Origin: an uncultured Alphaproteobacteria bacterium
GTDB lineage: Bacteria > Pseudomonadota > Alphaproteobacteria > Rhizobiales > Rhodomicrobiaceae
NCBI GenBank assembly: GCA_963819665.1
Contig: CAWFXN010000005.1
Coordinates: forward strand, 12,957-76,956
Direction: 5' to 3'
Length of the DNA: 64,000 nucleotides
Of the stretch, positions 21,023-30,593 are shown piece by piece. The notes under the pieces were generated by a model that did not search any database, was not told where the DNA came from, and was given only the letters and a program-made list of their open reading frames with translations. Both the position numbers and the translations under genes were made by a program. Within the stretch, counting starts at the first letter, position 1. Each line of letters begins with the position of its first letter.

Positions 21023-23075
21023 GTCTGGGCATTGTTTCCCGCAGTGGTAATGCGGGCTCGGGAAGGTAAGGCTTAAGCGCCTCGATGGTTTTTTCGAGCG
21101 CGCCGCCGAGCGTGCCGATGGCAGCCGCGGCCCGGCGTTTCATCTCTGCGGCCTCGACTGGATCGTCGAACAGAGCCCTCAGCGCAGCCGCCATGTCGTC
21201 GGCGCCCCCGACAAGCCGAAGCCCTTCGTAGCGCTGCAACACGGTGTAGGTTTCGGTGAAGTTGAACGTGTGCGGCCCGCTCAAGATCCCGGAGCCGAGC
21301 TTGATCGCCTCGATCGGGTTCTGCCCGCCGTGATGGACGAGCGAACCGCCGATAAACGACAGCGGCGCAAGGGAGTAGAAAAGGCCAAGCTCCCCGATCG
21401 TATCCGCGAGATAAATCTGGGTGTTTTCGCCGACCGTCTCGCGAGCGGAGCGCCTTGCGACGGGCAGCCGCCGCTCGCCAAGAAGCGCCGCTATGGCTTC
21501 GCCGCGATCCGGGTGCCGGGGCGCCATGACGGTCAAAAGCGACGGCATCGCGCTGTGCAGCATCTCATGCACCCGCGCGATCACCTCGTCTTCGCCCGGA
21601 TGCGTGCTTGCGGCCAGAAATATGGGCCGGTCGGCAAGGCTGCGCCGCAGCTCTTCCAGCTGAGCCGCGTCGACGGGCGGCGGCGGGGCATCGTATTTCA
21701 GATTGCCGATGATGTCGGCTTTGCGGACGCCGAGGCCCGTGAGGCGTTTCGCGAACCGCCAGTTCTGCGTCAGAACCAGGTCGAACCGCGAGAAGACCGG
21801 CTTCGCAAGGCTCGACAGGCGCGACCAGCGCTTATAGGAGCGCTGCGACATGCGCGCGTTCAGAAGCACGAGCGGAACCTTGCCGTTACTGGCCTCGACA
21901 ATCAGGTTCGGCCAGATTTCGGATTCCGCAAACAGGCCGAGATCGGGGCGCCAGTGCTCGACGAAACGCCGGCAGAAGCGCGGGCTGTCCAGCGGAAGAA
22001 ATTGATGGATTGCGCCCTCCGGGAGCCGGGTCGCCGCGATTTTCGCCGAGGTTGCGGTGATCGTCGTGAGCAGCAAATTCAGCGCCGGGTGGCGGCGCTT
22101 CAACTCGTGCATGAGGGGCAGGATCGAGTTCGTCTCCCCGACGCTCGCCGCGTGAAACCAGAACAGCCGGCCTTCCGGCCTGGGCGCGCTTGCGAAGCCG
22201 AGCCGCTCCGGAAGGCGCTCCGGCACTTCCTTTCCCCGCGCCGCCCGCTTTCTCAGGATGGTCATGGCTGCGGGTCGCGCCAGCGCCGTCGCCCCGCGAT
22301 AGACGGACAGCAAGGCGCCGGACGTATGCTGTTTCACGGCCTTTGGCGCGGTCTTGCGATAATCGCTTCCGGCGAGTTCATAAGCACGCGCCGTCGCCGC
22401 GTTCATGGCCGCTTCCACCTCTTGGCGGAACGCCTCCATGGCGCTCTCATCCACGTCGCGCGGCACATGGATCGGCTGGCCCGCCACCATCGCGAGGTTG
22501 GAGAACGGCAGATTGATGGTGAAGCGGCTCCAGGTCGGCAGCGTGATGAAGCGGTCCGTCGCGATGGCGAGCGGCACGATCGGCCGCCCCGACATCCGTG
22601 CGAGCGTGATGATACCCATGCCTGCGACGCGCGCAGGCCCCGGCGGAACGTCCGTCGTCAAGGCGACCGTGACATTGGACTTGAGCAACTTCAATGCCGC
22701 CCGGAGCGCGCCGGCGCCGCCGCGGTCCTTGCCCAACTCGCCCGCGCCCGCGCCCCGGATGAGGCCCATGTCGAAATGCAGGAGCGCCCGGCCGATCATC
22801 TCGCCATCGGCATGTTTGGCGACCATGTTGTGCACCGGCACGGTCTTGGGCTTGATCAGCGGCAGGAGCAGGAATTGGCCATGCCACATGGCCACGATCA
22901 TCGGGTGGAGTTTTTTGAGATAGGAATCGGTGTCGGCCGGTTCGCGGATAATGTTGGAGGTGGAATGCACCGTGCGGATGTGACGGGCAGCCAGCTTGCC
23001 TGCCGTATCCAGAAAAAACTCCGACTGCTGAAGGCGGCGGCCCCAACCGCGTTTCTTGGGAGCAGGTGTGTTCAT
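21012..23075 (-). CDS. waaA: DUF374 (LpxJ-like acyltransferase) fused in frame to Kdo transferase WaaA
   Basis: N-half: MWHGQ, KHADGE, DVPPGPAR, G...LAR.SG.PIVP, WSRF...LPF. C-half: WFHAASVGE, ESEIWPN, NARMS, GNLK, AASTHPGE, PRHPDR, DTIGELG and GGQNPIE. Confidence 0.9.
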   Translation of the reverse strand: MNTPAPKKRGWGRRLQQSEFFLDTAGKLAARHIRTVHSTSNIIREPADTDSYLKKLHPMIVAMWHGQFLLLPLIKPKTVPVHNMVAKHADGEMIGRALLHFDMGLIRGAGAGELGKDRGGAGALRAALKLLKSNVTVALTTDVPPGPARVAGMGIITLARMSGRPIVPLAIATDRFITLPTWSRFTINLPFSNLAMVAGQPIHVPRDVDESAMEAFRQEVEAAMNAATARAYELAGSDYRKTAPKAVKQHTSGALLSVYRGATALARPAAMTILRKRAARGKEVPERLPERLGFASAPRPEGRLFWFHAASVGETNSILPLMHELKRRHPALNLLLTTITATSAKIAATRLPEGAIHQFLPLDSPRFCRRFVEHWRPDLGLFAESEIWPNLIVEASNGKVPLVLLNARMSQRSYKRWSRLSSLAKPVFSRFDLVLTQNWRFAKRLTGLGVRKADIIGNLKYDAPPPPVDAAQLEELRRSLADRPIFLAASTHPGEDEVIARVHEMLHSAMPSLLTVMAPRHPDRGEAIAALLGERRLPVARRSARETVGENTQIYLADTIGELGLFYSLAPLSFIGGSLVHHGGQNPIEAIKLGSGILSGPHTFNFTETYTVLQRYEGLRLVGGADDMAAALRALFDDPVEAAEMKRRAAAAIGTLGGALEKTIEALKPYLPEPALPLRETMPRHAA

Positions 23076-23157
23076 CGAGCGCCGGATCTTCTCATAGGAG
23101 CGGCCGCGAGCCTGTTGAGGGATCGCGTCAGGTTGTGGTCTAGCATAGTAGAAGCGA

Positions 23158-24009
23158 TCAACTCTGCGCCTTTGATCGAGTCCTATCAAAGGCGGGATGA
23201 TCTTGCGCAACAGGCGCGCCGTCTAACGCATCACTCATACGCTCGGCCAAAATGTGATGCAATTTTGGGGCGGCTGCAAGAAATCCGGGGACTTTTGCCT
23301 CTATCGAGTTGAACGTAAGCGGAAATCCACAGGCATCTGTGACTATCCCCCCCGCTTCGGACACGAGAAGCGCGCCGGCGGCGACGTCCCACTCCCATTT
23401 TGGCTTTGTCGCGAAGGTGGCGTCCGCGTCGCCCCTCGCGATAAGGGCCATGCGATAGATGATGGAGTTCGCCCCGACAAACGTCACGGGGGGCCAGGGG
23501 CGCCGCCAGCGGTTGGGCTTCAAGAGCAACTCAGGAACGGCGAGCCTTGCCCCTGCCAAAGCGCCTTGCTTGCTGGCGTGGAGCCGCCGGCCATTCAGAA
23601 ACGCGCCCGCGCCGATGCGCGCTTCAAAGACTTCCCCGCGAACAGGATTGACCACGGCGGCGAGGACCGGGACGTGGTCTTCGACCAGGGCCAGCGCGAT
23701 CACCCAATCGTTGCCGCCCTGAATGAAGGCGCGGGTGCCGTCTATCGGGTCGACAATCCAGACGCGCCGGGCGCGCAAGCGATCCTTATGCTCCGCGCTT
23801 TCTTCGGAGAACCAGCCATAGGCGGGGCGCGCGCCTCTAAGCCGCTCCGCAAGCAGAGCATCCACGGCGTGGTCTGCTTCCGTCACCTCCGAGCCGTCGG
23901 CCTTGCGCTGCTTTTGGATGGATCGGCCCCAATAGCTCAGCGCGAGCTTTCCGGCCTCTTGAGCGGCATCGCGGATAAGATCGAAGTCTTGTGTGTAATC
24001 GTCCTTCAT
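23158..24009 (-). CDS. cysQ: Inositol monophosphatase family 3'(2'),5'-bisphosphate nucleotidase (CysQ-like)
   Basis: VTEAD, SEES, WIVDPIDGT and WEWDVAAG. Confidence 0.85.
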   Translation of the reverse strand: MKDDYTQDFDLIRDAAQEAGKLALSYWGRSIQKQRKADGSEVTEADHAVDALLAERLRGARPAYGWFSEESAEHKDRLRARRVWIVDPIDGTRAFIQGGNDWVIALALVEDHVPVLAAVVNPVRGEVFEARIGAGAFLNGRRLHASKQGALAGARLAVPELLLKPNRWRRPWPPVTFVGANSIIYRMALIARGDADATFATKPKWEWDVAAGALLVSEAGGIVTDACGFPLTFNSIEAKVPGFLAAAPKLHHILAERMSDALDGAPVAQDHPAFDRTRSKAQS

Positions 24010-24021
24010 GCCAGCTAAATG

Positions 24022-25011
24022 TCAGCGGAACGAAGACAGCGCAACAGGAATGACATCGAGGACCAGGGCAAAAAACACAATCGCGCCAAATCCATGATTG
24101 CTCCGAAAGCGATCGAGGCAGTTCTGGCCGTCGTTGATGTCGAGAGTTGCGATCTGCCAGATGAGATGCGCGCCTGCGAAGATCATCCCGGCGAAAAACC
24201 ATGTCCCGGCCCCGATGATCCATCCCGATAAGGCCACGCCGCCCCAGGCTATGCCATAAAACAGGCCGAGCCAGCGGTGTGTATGCTCGCCGAATTTCAG
24301 GGCCGTCGATTTCATCCCGATAACCTCGTCGTCCTCCTTGTCCTGATGGGCGTAGATCGTGTCGTATCCGATTGTCCAGGCGACGGCGGCCCCGTACAGA
24401 ATGACCGGCGCAATGGCGAGAGACCCGAAAATCGCGGCCCAGCCCATGAGTGCGCCCCATGAAAAGGCGAGGCCGAGGAACGCCTGCGGCCAGAAGGTGA
24501 CGCGCTTCATCAAGGGATAGATCAGCACAATGCCGATTGAAGCGAAGCCGAGGCAAATCGCAAAAAGGTTGAATTGGACGAGCACCGCAAGGCCGACGAG
24601 GCAAAGGCCGACGATGAGCGCCATGGCCGATGTTACTGAAATCTGCCCGCTGGCGAGCGGGCGCGCTTGTGTCCGGGCGACCTTCGCGTCGATATCGCGG
24701 TCGAGAATATCGTTGTAGATGCATCCGGCGCTGCGCATGGCGAAGGCGCCGATTGCAAAGAGAAGGAGCAAGAGAGGGTCGGGCAAGATATGGATCGCCC
24801 GGGACGACAGAGCCACCGACCACCAGCACGGCCAGAGCAGGAGCCAGACGCCGATTGGCCGATCCGCCCGCATAAGCCGAAGCCAGGGCCTGAGCTTTTG
24901 CGGGGCGAAGCGGTCCACCCAGTTCTTGCGCGGCGCGTCGGGGATAGGGGTGGCTGCGGCAGCAGCCTTGGTGTCAGCGTTGCTTTCCGCTTTAGGCAAG
25001 ATAGCCGGCAT
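24022..25011 (-). CDS. ubiA: 4-hydroxybenzoate polyprenyltransferase
   Basis: RLMRADRPIG.WLL, MRSAGCIYNDILDRDID..V.RT..RP, YPLMKR and YDTIYAHQDKEDD. Confidence 0.96.
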   Translation of the reverse strand: MPAILPKAESNADTKAAAAATPIPDAPRKNWVDRFAPQKLRPWLRLMRADRPIGVWLLLWPCWWSVALSSRAIHILPDPLLLLLFAIGAFAMRSAGCIYNDILDRDIDAKVARTQARPLASGQISVTSAMALIVGLCLVGLAVLVQFNLFAICLGFASIGIVLIYPLMKRVTFWPQAFLGLAFSWGALMGWAAIFGSLAIAPVILYGAAVAWTIGYDTIYAHQDKEDDEVIGMKSTALKFGEHTHRWLGLFYGIAWGGVALSGWIIGAGTWFFAGMIFAGAHLIWQIATLDINDGQNCLDRFRSNHGFGAIVFFALVLDVIPVALSSFR

Positions 25012-25110
25012 GTCTCGCTCGTTCGCACATGGTGTGTTCAGAACCCCGCCACGCGAATAACGCAAATACTATGCTAAAATTTAAGGACCGTCTTATGTCA
25101 TCACCACAAA

Positions 25111-25872
25111 ATGGCTGCGCACGCAATGGCTGAGCAAAGGCTCTTTGTCGCAAATGATCTTGACGCCGCCCGCGAGATGACGCTCAGCCATGCGCAAACC
25201 CATTATCTTCTGCACGTGCTGAGACTTTCCGAGGGGGCGCATCTTCTCGTTTTTGACGGCAGGAACGGAGAATGGCGCGCGCAGATCGTCGCTGCAAAAA
25301 AGAGCGGTTGCGCCATCCGGCTGATCGAAAAGGTCCGGGAGCAAACCGCTGCTCAGGACATTCACTATGCGTTTGCGCCGCTGAAACAAGGCAGGCTGGA
25401 TTATATGGTGCAAAAGGCCGTCGAAATGGGCGCCTCGCTTCTCCAGCCGGTCATGACCGCTCACACGGCCGTCTCCAAGCTCAATGTCGAGCGCATGAAG
25501 GCGAACGCGATCGAAGCCGCCGAGCAATGCGGGATTCTGACTCTCCCCGAAATTCGGCCTCCGCTCAAGCTTGGGGCTTTCCTCAAATCTTGCGAAAAAG
25601 ACAGAACCATTGTCTTTTGCGACGAGCGCGCCGAAACTTCGTCGCCGCTCAAGGCTTTGGAGAAACTGAAGGGGCGGAGCGTCACGGCGCTGATTGGCCC
25701 CGAGGGCGGTTTTTCTTTAAGCGAGCGCGAGGACCTGCTTTCCCAAAAGTTCGTGTGTCCCATATCCCTTGGACCGAGGGTCATGCGCGCCGATACTGCG
25801 GCCGTGGCGGTCCTGGCGCTCCTGAACGCGGTTCTCGGCGATTGGGCGCATATGAAAAGCCTACAATCCTGA
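25111..25872 (+). CDS. rsmE: 16S rRNA (uracil-1498-N3)-methyltransferase
   Basis: [31 protein letters not shown] and [11 protein letters not shown]. Confidence 0.95.
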   Translation: MAAHAMAEQRLFVANDLDAAREMTLSHAQTHYLLHVLRLSEGAHLLVFDGRNGEWRAQIVAAKKSGCAIRLIEKVREQTAAQDIHYAFAPLKQGRLDYMVQKAVEMGASLLQPVMTAHTAVSKLNVERMKANAIEAAEQCGILTLPEIRPPLKLGAFLKSCEKDRTIVFCDERAETSSPLKALEKLKGRSVTALIGPEGGFSLSEREDLLSQKFVCPISLGPRVMRADTAAVAVLALLNAVLGDWAHMKSLQS

Positions 25873-25924
25873 TATACATTCCCGTGCAGGCTCACCTGCA
25901 ACTCAAGCGGCGGAAGATGGGATC

Positions 25925-27307
25925 ATGATGCTAGCCAGCGGCGACAAATCCAGAGCGCCTGTCATCCAGGGCCGTGACGATCTCGTGGCGCATATCGAGC
26001 AAGGGGCAAAGCCTAAGCCAGAATGGCGGATCGGCACCGAGCACGAGAAGATTCCCTTCCATCGCGACGGCCTGCGGCCCGTTCCCTACGAGGGGCCGGC
26101 GGGCATATCGGCATTGCTGTGTGGCATGGCGGAGCGCTTCGGCTGGCGTCCCGTTTACGACAATGACAAGGTGATCGCGCTGGAGGAGCCATCGAGCGAG
26201 CTCGGTGGCTCCATCACGCTGGAGCCCGGAGGGCAGTTCGAGCTGTCGGGCGCGCCCCTGAAAACGGTCTTTCAGACCTGCGACGAGGTGAGCCGCCATT
26301 TGCGCCAGGTGGCCGAGATTGCGGACCCGCTGGGGATGTCGTTCCTCGCCCTGGGCTTTTCGCCGCTGTGGACGCTGGCTGAAACGCCGCACATGCCGAA
26401 AAGCCGCTACGCCATCATGTCCTCCTACATGCCGAAGGTGGGCACGCTCGGCCTCGACATGATGTATCGCACCGCCACCGTGCAGGTGAATCTGGACTTC
26501 GCCGATGAGGCGGACATGGTGAAGAAGCTGCGCGTGTCGCTGGCCCTTCAGCCCATCGCCACGGCGATGTTTGCAAACTCGCCGTTCACAGAGGGCAAGC
26601 CGAACGGATATTTGAGCTATCGCAGCGCCATCTGGCTCGACACGGACAATGCGCGCGCGGGGATGCTGCCCTTCGCCTTCGAGGACGGGATGGGCTTCGA
26701 GCGTTATGTCGATTACGCGCTCGACGTTCCGATGTACTTCGTGCGCCGGAATAAGCAATACATCGATACGGCGGGCGAATCCTTCCGGGTCTTCCTGGAA
26801 GGCAGGCTGCCGCAATTGCCGGGCGAGAAACCGACCATCGCGGACTGGGCCGATCATCTGACGACGATCTTCCCCGAGGTGCGGCTCAAGCGCTTCCTCG
26901 AAATGCGTGGCGCGGACAGCGGGCCCTGGCGCAACCTCTGCGCCTTGCCCGCGCTTTGGGCCGGGCTTCTTTATGAGCAATCGAGCCTCGACGCCGCCTA
27001 CGATCTCGTCAAGGATTGGACGGCAGGTGAGCGCGAGCAGCTTCGCAACGACGTTCCGCGGCTTGCCCTGCGGACGCCCTTCCGTAAAGGGACCGTGCAG
27101 GACATCGCGCGCCAGGTGCTGGACATTGCCTCGGCAGGGCTGAAGGCGCGCGGCCACACCAACCTTTTCGATGACGAGACCACATTCCTGAAGCCGCTCA
27201 GGGAATTCGTGGAAAGCGGCCGGTCCGCCGCCGACGAACTCCTCGCGCGCTATCACGGCCAGTGGGGCGGCGATGTAAGGCCGGTCTTCACCGAAAGCGC
27301 TTTTTGA
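25925..27307 (+). CDS. gshA: Glutamate--cysteine ligase (plant/alphaproteobacterial type)
   Basis: [40 protein letters not shown] and [21 protein letters not shown]. Confidence 0.96.
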   Translation: MMLASGDKSRAPVIQGRDDLVAHIEQGAKPKPEWRIGTEHEKIPFHRDGLRPVPYEGPAGISALLCGMAERFGWRPVYDNDKVIALEEPSSELGGSITLEPGGQFELSGAPLKTVFQTCDEVSRHLRQVAEIADPLGMSFLALGFSPLWTLAETPHMPKSRYAIMSSYMPKVGTLGLDMMYRTATVQVNLDFADEADMVKKLRVSLALQPIATAMFANSPFTEGKPNGYLSYRSAIWLDTDNARAGMLPFAFEDGMGFERYVDYALDVPMYFVRRNKQYIDTAGESFRVFLEGRLPQLPGEKPTIADWADHLTTIFPEVRLKRFLEMRGADSGPWRNLCALPALWAGLLYEQSSLDAAYDLVKDWTAGEREQLRNDVPRLALRTPFRKGTVQDIARQVLDIASAGLKARGHTNLFDDETTFLKPLREFVESGRSAADELLARYHGQWGGDVRPVFTESAF

Positions 27308-27341
27308 GCAGGCTCCGCTATCCAGAAAGGGGAATCCAGGC

Positions 27342-27417
27342 CATCCTTCGACAAGCTCAGGATGAGGTGGAGCGATTTCCAACGGCTCAACCCTCATGGC
27401 GAGCCTGTCGAACCATG
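27342..27417. repeat. Inverted pair of 26-bp REP-like elements (TTCGACA.GCTC core)
   Basis: CATCCTTCGACAAGCTCAGGATGAGG at 27342-27367 and an inverted copy at 27392-27417 (reverse complement CATGGTTCGACAGGCTCGCCATGAGG), between convergent genes. Confidence 0.75.
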
Positions 27418-27441
27418 GGCCTCATTGCAGGCCTGTCAGCC

Positions 27442-28308
27442 TTAGAGCGACGTGCCGTAGGTGTCGCAACTCGTGACATCGCCGCTCTTTAGCCCGGCCA
27501 GCAGCCAGCGCTTGCGCTGCTCCGCCGACCCGTGCGTAAAGGCGTCGGGCACTACGTAACCCTGGCTGCGCCGCTGAAGCGTGTCATCGCCGATGGCGGT
27601 TGCGGTTTGCAGCGCCGCCTCGATATCCCCAGGCTCAAGAGAATTCCACTTTTTCTGAGAATGGTTGGCCCAAACGCCAGCCAGGCAATCGGCTTGCAGC
27701 TCGACCCGGACCTGCAACTGATTGCTTTGCGCTTCTCCTGAGCGCGCCTGTAAAGCCTGCACTCTCGGCAGGATGCCGAGCTGGTTCTGGACGTGATGGC
27801 CGATCTCATGCGCGATGACGTAAGCCTGGGAGAACTGGCAGGCCTTGCTGCCGGCATCGCAACCGCGCAGGCGGGTCTCGATCTCCTTGAAGAAGGCGGT
27901 GTCGAGATAGACGGTTTGGTCATTCGGGCAATAGAAGGGGCCGACGGCCGCCTGCGCCATGCCGCATGCGGAGCGCGTTGCGCCGGAATACATCACGAGC
28001 TTCGGCGGCTGATAGGATTTGCCCGTCGCTTTAAAGATTGCAGACCATTGGTCTTCGGTGTCGCCCAGGACGGCGGCGACAAACTGGCTAGCCTCGTCAT
28101 TTCCGGCCGGCTTGCCCTGCTGAGCCGAAGACGGCAGATGCCGGGAGACCATCTCCGCCCCGCCGATGAGGAGCGCTGGGTTTATTCCCAAGCCCCAGGC
28201 GATGAGCCCGAGTATAGCCATCGTCCCGATGCCGAGACCGGTTGCGCGGACTACCTGGCCACGGCGGTCTTCAACATTGCTGCTCTTTCGGAAATCGTCC
28301 CAGCGCAT
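27442..28308 (-). CDS. Neutral zinc metallopeptidase, YpfJ family
   Basis: MRWDD.R.S.NVEDRRG, GPFYCP.D, AYVIAHEIGHHVQ, ELQADCLAG, IGDD.LQ and PDAFTHGS. Confidence 0.92.
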   Translation of the reverse strand: MRWDDFRKSSNVEDRRGQVVRATGLGIGTMAILGLIAWGLGINPALLIGGAEMVSRHLPSSAQQGKPAGNDEASQFVAAVLGDTEDQWSAIFKATGKSYQPPKLVMYSGATRSACGMAQAAVGPFYCPNDQTVYLDTAFFKEIETRLRGCDAGSKACQFSQAYVIAHEIGHHVQNQLGILPRVQALQARSGEAQSNQLQVRVELQADCLAGVWANHSQKKWNSLEPGDIEAALQTATAIGDDTLQRRSQGYVVPDAFTHGSAEQRKRWLLAGLKSGDVTSCDTYGTSL

Positions 28309-28444
28309 CGATTTTCATCCAATTCAAAGTTGTTGTCTTTATAGGGAGCGTCGGCGCGCGTTCAATGCCCCAGGCAAAGTTCCAATCGATTTTCATTGGA
28401 GCGGCCTCGCCAGCGGCTCCAATGATCCAGCCGGGTGAAAGTAT

Positions 28445-28939
28445 CTAAGCCGAAAGCTTAAGCGCGGAGGAGATTTCCGACAGCGTAGCCTTTTCGGCAT
28501 CGGTGACTTGGGTGCCCCCGAAACCGAGGAATCCGCCTTCGGCGTCGGCCTTGGCCACTCTCTCGCTGATATTGTAGAACCACTTTTTCACGGCCTCGGC
28601 GTCTTGCGGAGCCTTCGCTTCAAGAAGAGCCGCAACCTGCTTCAGGGTATCGATACATTTCGCTTTCAACTCCGCCGCCTTGGCGCCGGAGAGCTTTTCG
28701 CGAAAGCCATCCTTGGCGAAGGTGCGCCCCTCGGAGGTCTCGAAATCCGCCTCGATGGCTTTAACGAGTTCGTCGGAATCGCCTTTCCCCTCAATCAAAG
28801 CTCTGCTCGCGGCGAAGCTTTCCTTCAAGACGCCCAAAAGACCGCTTGGTTCGGCCGCCGTGACGGCAAGCCCTGACATCATGGAGCCCTGGAGCAGCGT
28901 CTTCCACTCGTCGGGCGTGAAGTTCGATTTGTTCGCCAT
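28445..28939 (-). CDS. Conserved hypothetical protein (164 aa, helical)
   Basis: AGGAAGG SD and a clean ORF; FTPDEW N-terminus and EGGFLGFGG.QV..AE C-terminal motif. Confidence 0.8.
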   Translation of the reverse strand: MANKSNFTPDEWKTLLQGSMMSGLAVTAAEPSGLLGVLKESFAASRALIEGKGDSDELVKAIEADFETSEGRTFAKDGFREKLSGAKAAELKAKCIDTLKQVAALLEAKAPQDAEAVKKWFYNISERVAKADAEGGFLGFGGTQVTDAEKATLSEISSALKLSA

Positions 28940-29281
28940 CTTGAATACACCTTCCTATTCGCTACGCTACGGACGTTGGAACGATGAACTAAGGATGATT
29001 GCATTTTAACAGAACAATGCGAGGACGCTCGCAGCGCCCCAAACATAGCAAAAAAATGGATAACTCCCAACGACACTTTTGATCTGATCCTATTACTTCA
29101 AACCGGATGCTTGGCGGAGAACATGCCGGTCAGTCCTGAACGGACCTGTGATCCAAGATCGACTTGAGTTCTTGGCGATATGCTCGCGCTGAAGCTTTCG
29201 CGGAAAGGCGCGCTTAAAATTTGAGCTCACGAAATCTGCTCAGTCAGTCGCGACATCTCAAATTGATACAGGAGGAGTCAA

Positions 29282-29401
29282 ATGAAGCGCCAACGGATCG
29301 CCCGCCACCGTCAGTTGGGCGCCGTCGCCGCCGCCGCCACCGTCCCGGAAAGGCGAAGCCTTATCCGGGATCGTAACACGTTGGAGCGTTTGGCTTTATG
29401 A
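29282..29401 (+). CDS. Unannotated 39-aa small ORF or gene remnant
   Basis: Perfect AGGAGG SD upstream of the ATG at 29282; MKRQRIARHRQLGAVAAAATVPERRSLIRDRNTLERLAL*; its 3' half runs through a REP-like element. Confidence 0.35.
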   Translation: MKRQRIARHRQLGAVAAAATVPERRSLIRDRNTLERLAL

Positions 29402-29435
29402 GATCCCGGCTCGCGCGCCGCTTGGCCGGGATGAC
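29338..29435. repeat. Inverted doublet of REP-like palindromes (GTCATCCCGG...CCGGGATC type)
   Basis: TCCCGGA-AAGGC-GAA-GCCTT-A-TCCGGGA hairpin at ~29343-29370 and GATCCCGGC...GCCGGGATGAC at 29402-29435. Confidence 0.72.
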
Positions 29436-29498
29436 GAATTGCGGCGGCAGCGCCCGGCCTTGCACCGGCGCGCTTTCTCCACGAGGCGCCGATTCCTG

Positions 29499-30593
29499 TC
29501 AGGCCTTGCTTTCGGTCTTCGACAGAGCGTCGAGCTTGGCCCGCAAGCCATCGATCACGGGCTTCGCAATGGGGGCGACGCCAGGGATCTCCAGAACTTT
29601 ATTGAAAAGGTCCTCGAGCGAAGGGCGAAGCTGTCCAACGAGCACCGCGAAGGTGGTTTTCGAGTCGGCGGGAAGCTTTGCGGCGAGGGTCCGAATCTTG
29701 TCGAACTCGATTGCGCTCTTCTCCAATTGCGGAAGGGCCGCTTGAGCGGAAGCGGTATCGCGGACGCCTTGCAACGCCGTCTTCACTCCATCGAGCGCTT
29801 TCTGGACCGAGAATCTCAGATCGACCCCGTCCACTGACAGATTTTGCGTAAGCTGCATGGCGGGGGGCTTCGTTTGCTCAACGACCTGGGCCGGACGATT
29901 GCCAAGGTACCATGCCGACGCCAAGACGATGGTGGCCAGCGCTGCGAGAACCCAGCGCCAGTTGAACGATTGCGGGGCTTCCGCCGCCGGAAGAGGCCTT
30001 GGAACAGGGGCCCGCTCGGCTTGGGATGGCCGCGTTGGAGGCGCTTCGAACCCAGGCACGCCGGCTTTGCCAAGAAGCTCTCCCAATTCGGGAGGAAGAG
30101 CCTCGGAAATGTTTTCCTTCTGGGCCGCGAGCATTCGCGCCAAGCCCGATGCGTCGAGGCCCTCGGTGGCCTGCTCCTTGTGGAGCGTCCCAAACACCGC
30201 TGGGGTCAGCATCCCGATCAACGACGAAGCCGTCTCTTCGCCAAGACCGCTGAACTTGCTCAGCGCGCCGGTAAGCGCGGACAGCGTAGAGCCGCCCAGC
30301 AGAGACTCGAGAGCGCCGATGCCGCCCTTAACGAAGGACTCATGGCCGGGGCCGCCAATCTCGGCTTCGAGGCTGTCAAGGACGCTCGGATCTTGCTTTT
30401 CGATCGCGTTGGAAAGCCTTTGAGCGCCCAAGGGCGTGGACGCGACACCGGCAAGGGCGCGCAAGAGCACGGGCGCCAAGGCGGTTATGGCCTTGCCAAC
30501 AAGAGTGCGGTCAATTCCAAGAGCGGAAGAAATCCTGCCGATCAACGCCGGGGTCAGGTACTGAGAGACAAGTGAAACGAAATTGATGCTCAT
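29499..30593 (-). CDS. DUF937-domain protein with Pro-rich linker, one TM helix and helical C-terminal domain
   Basis: MSINFVSLVSQYLTP.LI.RIS..LG N-terminus, G...L..LLG and LA..L..QK.NI..ALP; TM WRWVLAALATIVLASAWYL. Confidence 0.8.
   Translation of the reverse strand: MSINFVSLVSQYLTPALIGRISSALGIDRTLVGKAITALAPVLLRALAGVASTPLGAQRLSNAIEKQDPSVLDSLEAEIGGPGHESFVKGGIGALESLLGGSTLSALTGALSKFSGLGEETASSLIGMLTPAVFGTLHKEQATEGLDASGLARMLAAQKENISEALPPELGELLGKAGVPGFEAPPTRPSQAERAPVPRPLPAAEAPQSFNWRWVLAALATIVLASAWYLGNRPAQVVEQTKPPAMQLTQNLSVDGVDLRFSVQKALDGVKTALQGVRDTASAQAALPQLEKSAIEFDKIRTLAAKLPADSKTTFAVLVGQLRPSLEDLFNKVLEIPGVAPIAKPVIDGLRAKLDALSKTESKA

Noticed and set aside
21270-23312. Long antisense ORFs (680 aa here; also 25931-27397, 33396-35126, 47944-49344, 49972-51327)
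   Set aside because: These are shadow frames opposite well-supported genes, expected from GC-rich codon usage, and carry no motifs.
29110-29245. Glycine riboswitch (GGAGA...GAAG...CTCAG fragments)
   Set aside because: The spacing and the conserved CCGAAG and CTCTCAGG cores do not match, and no glycine-related gene follows.
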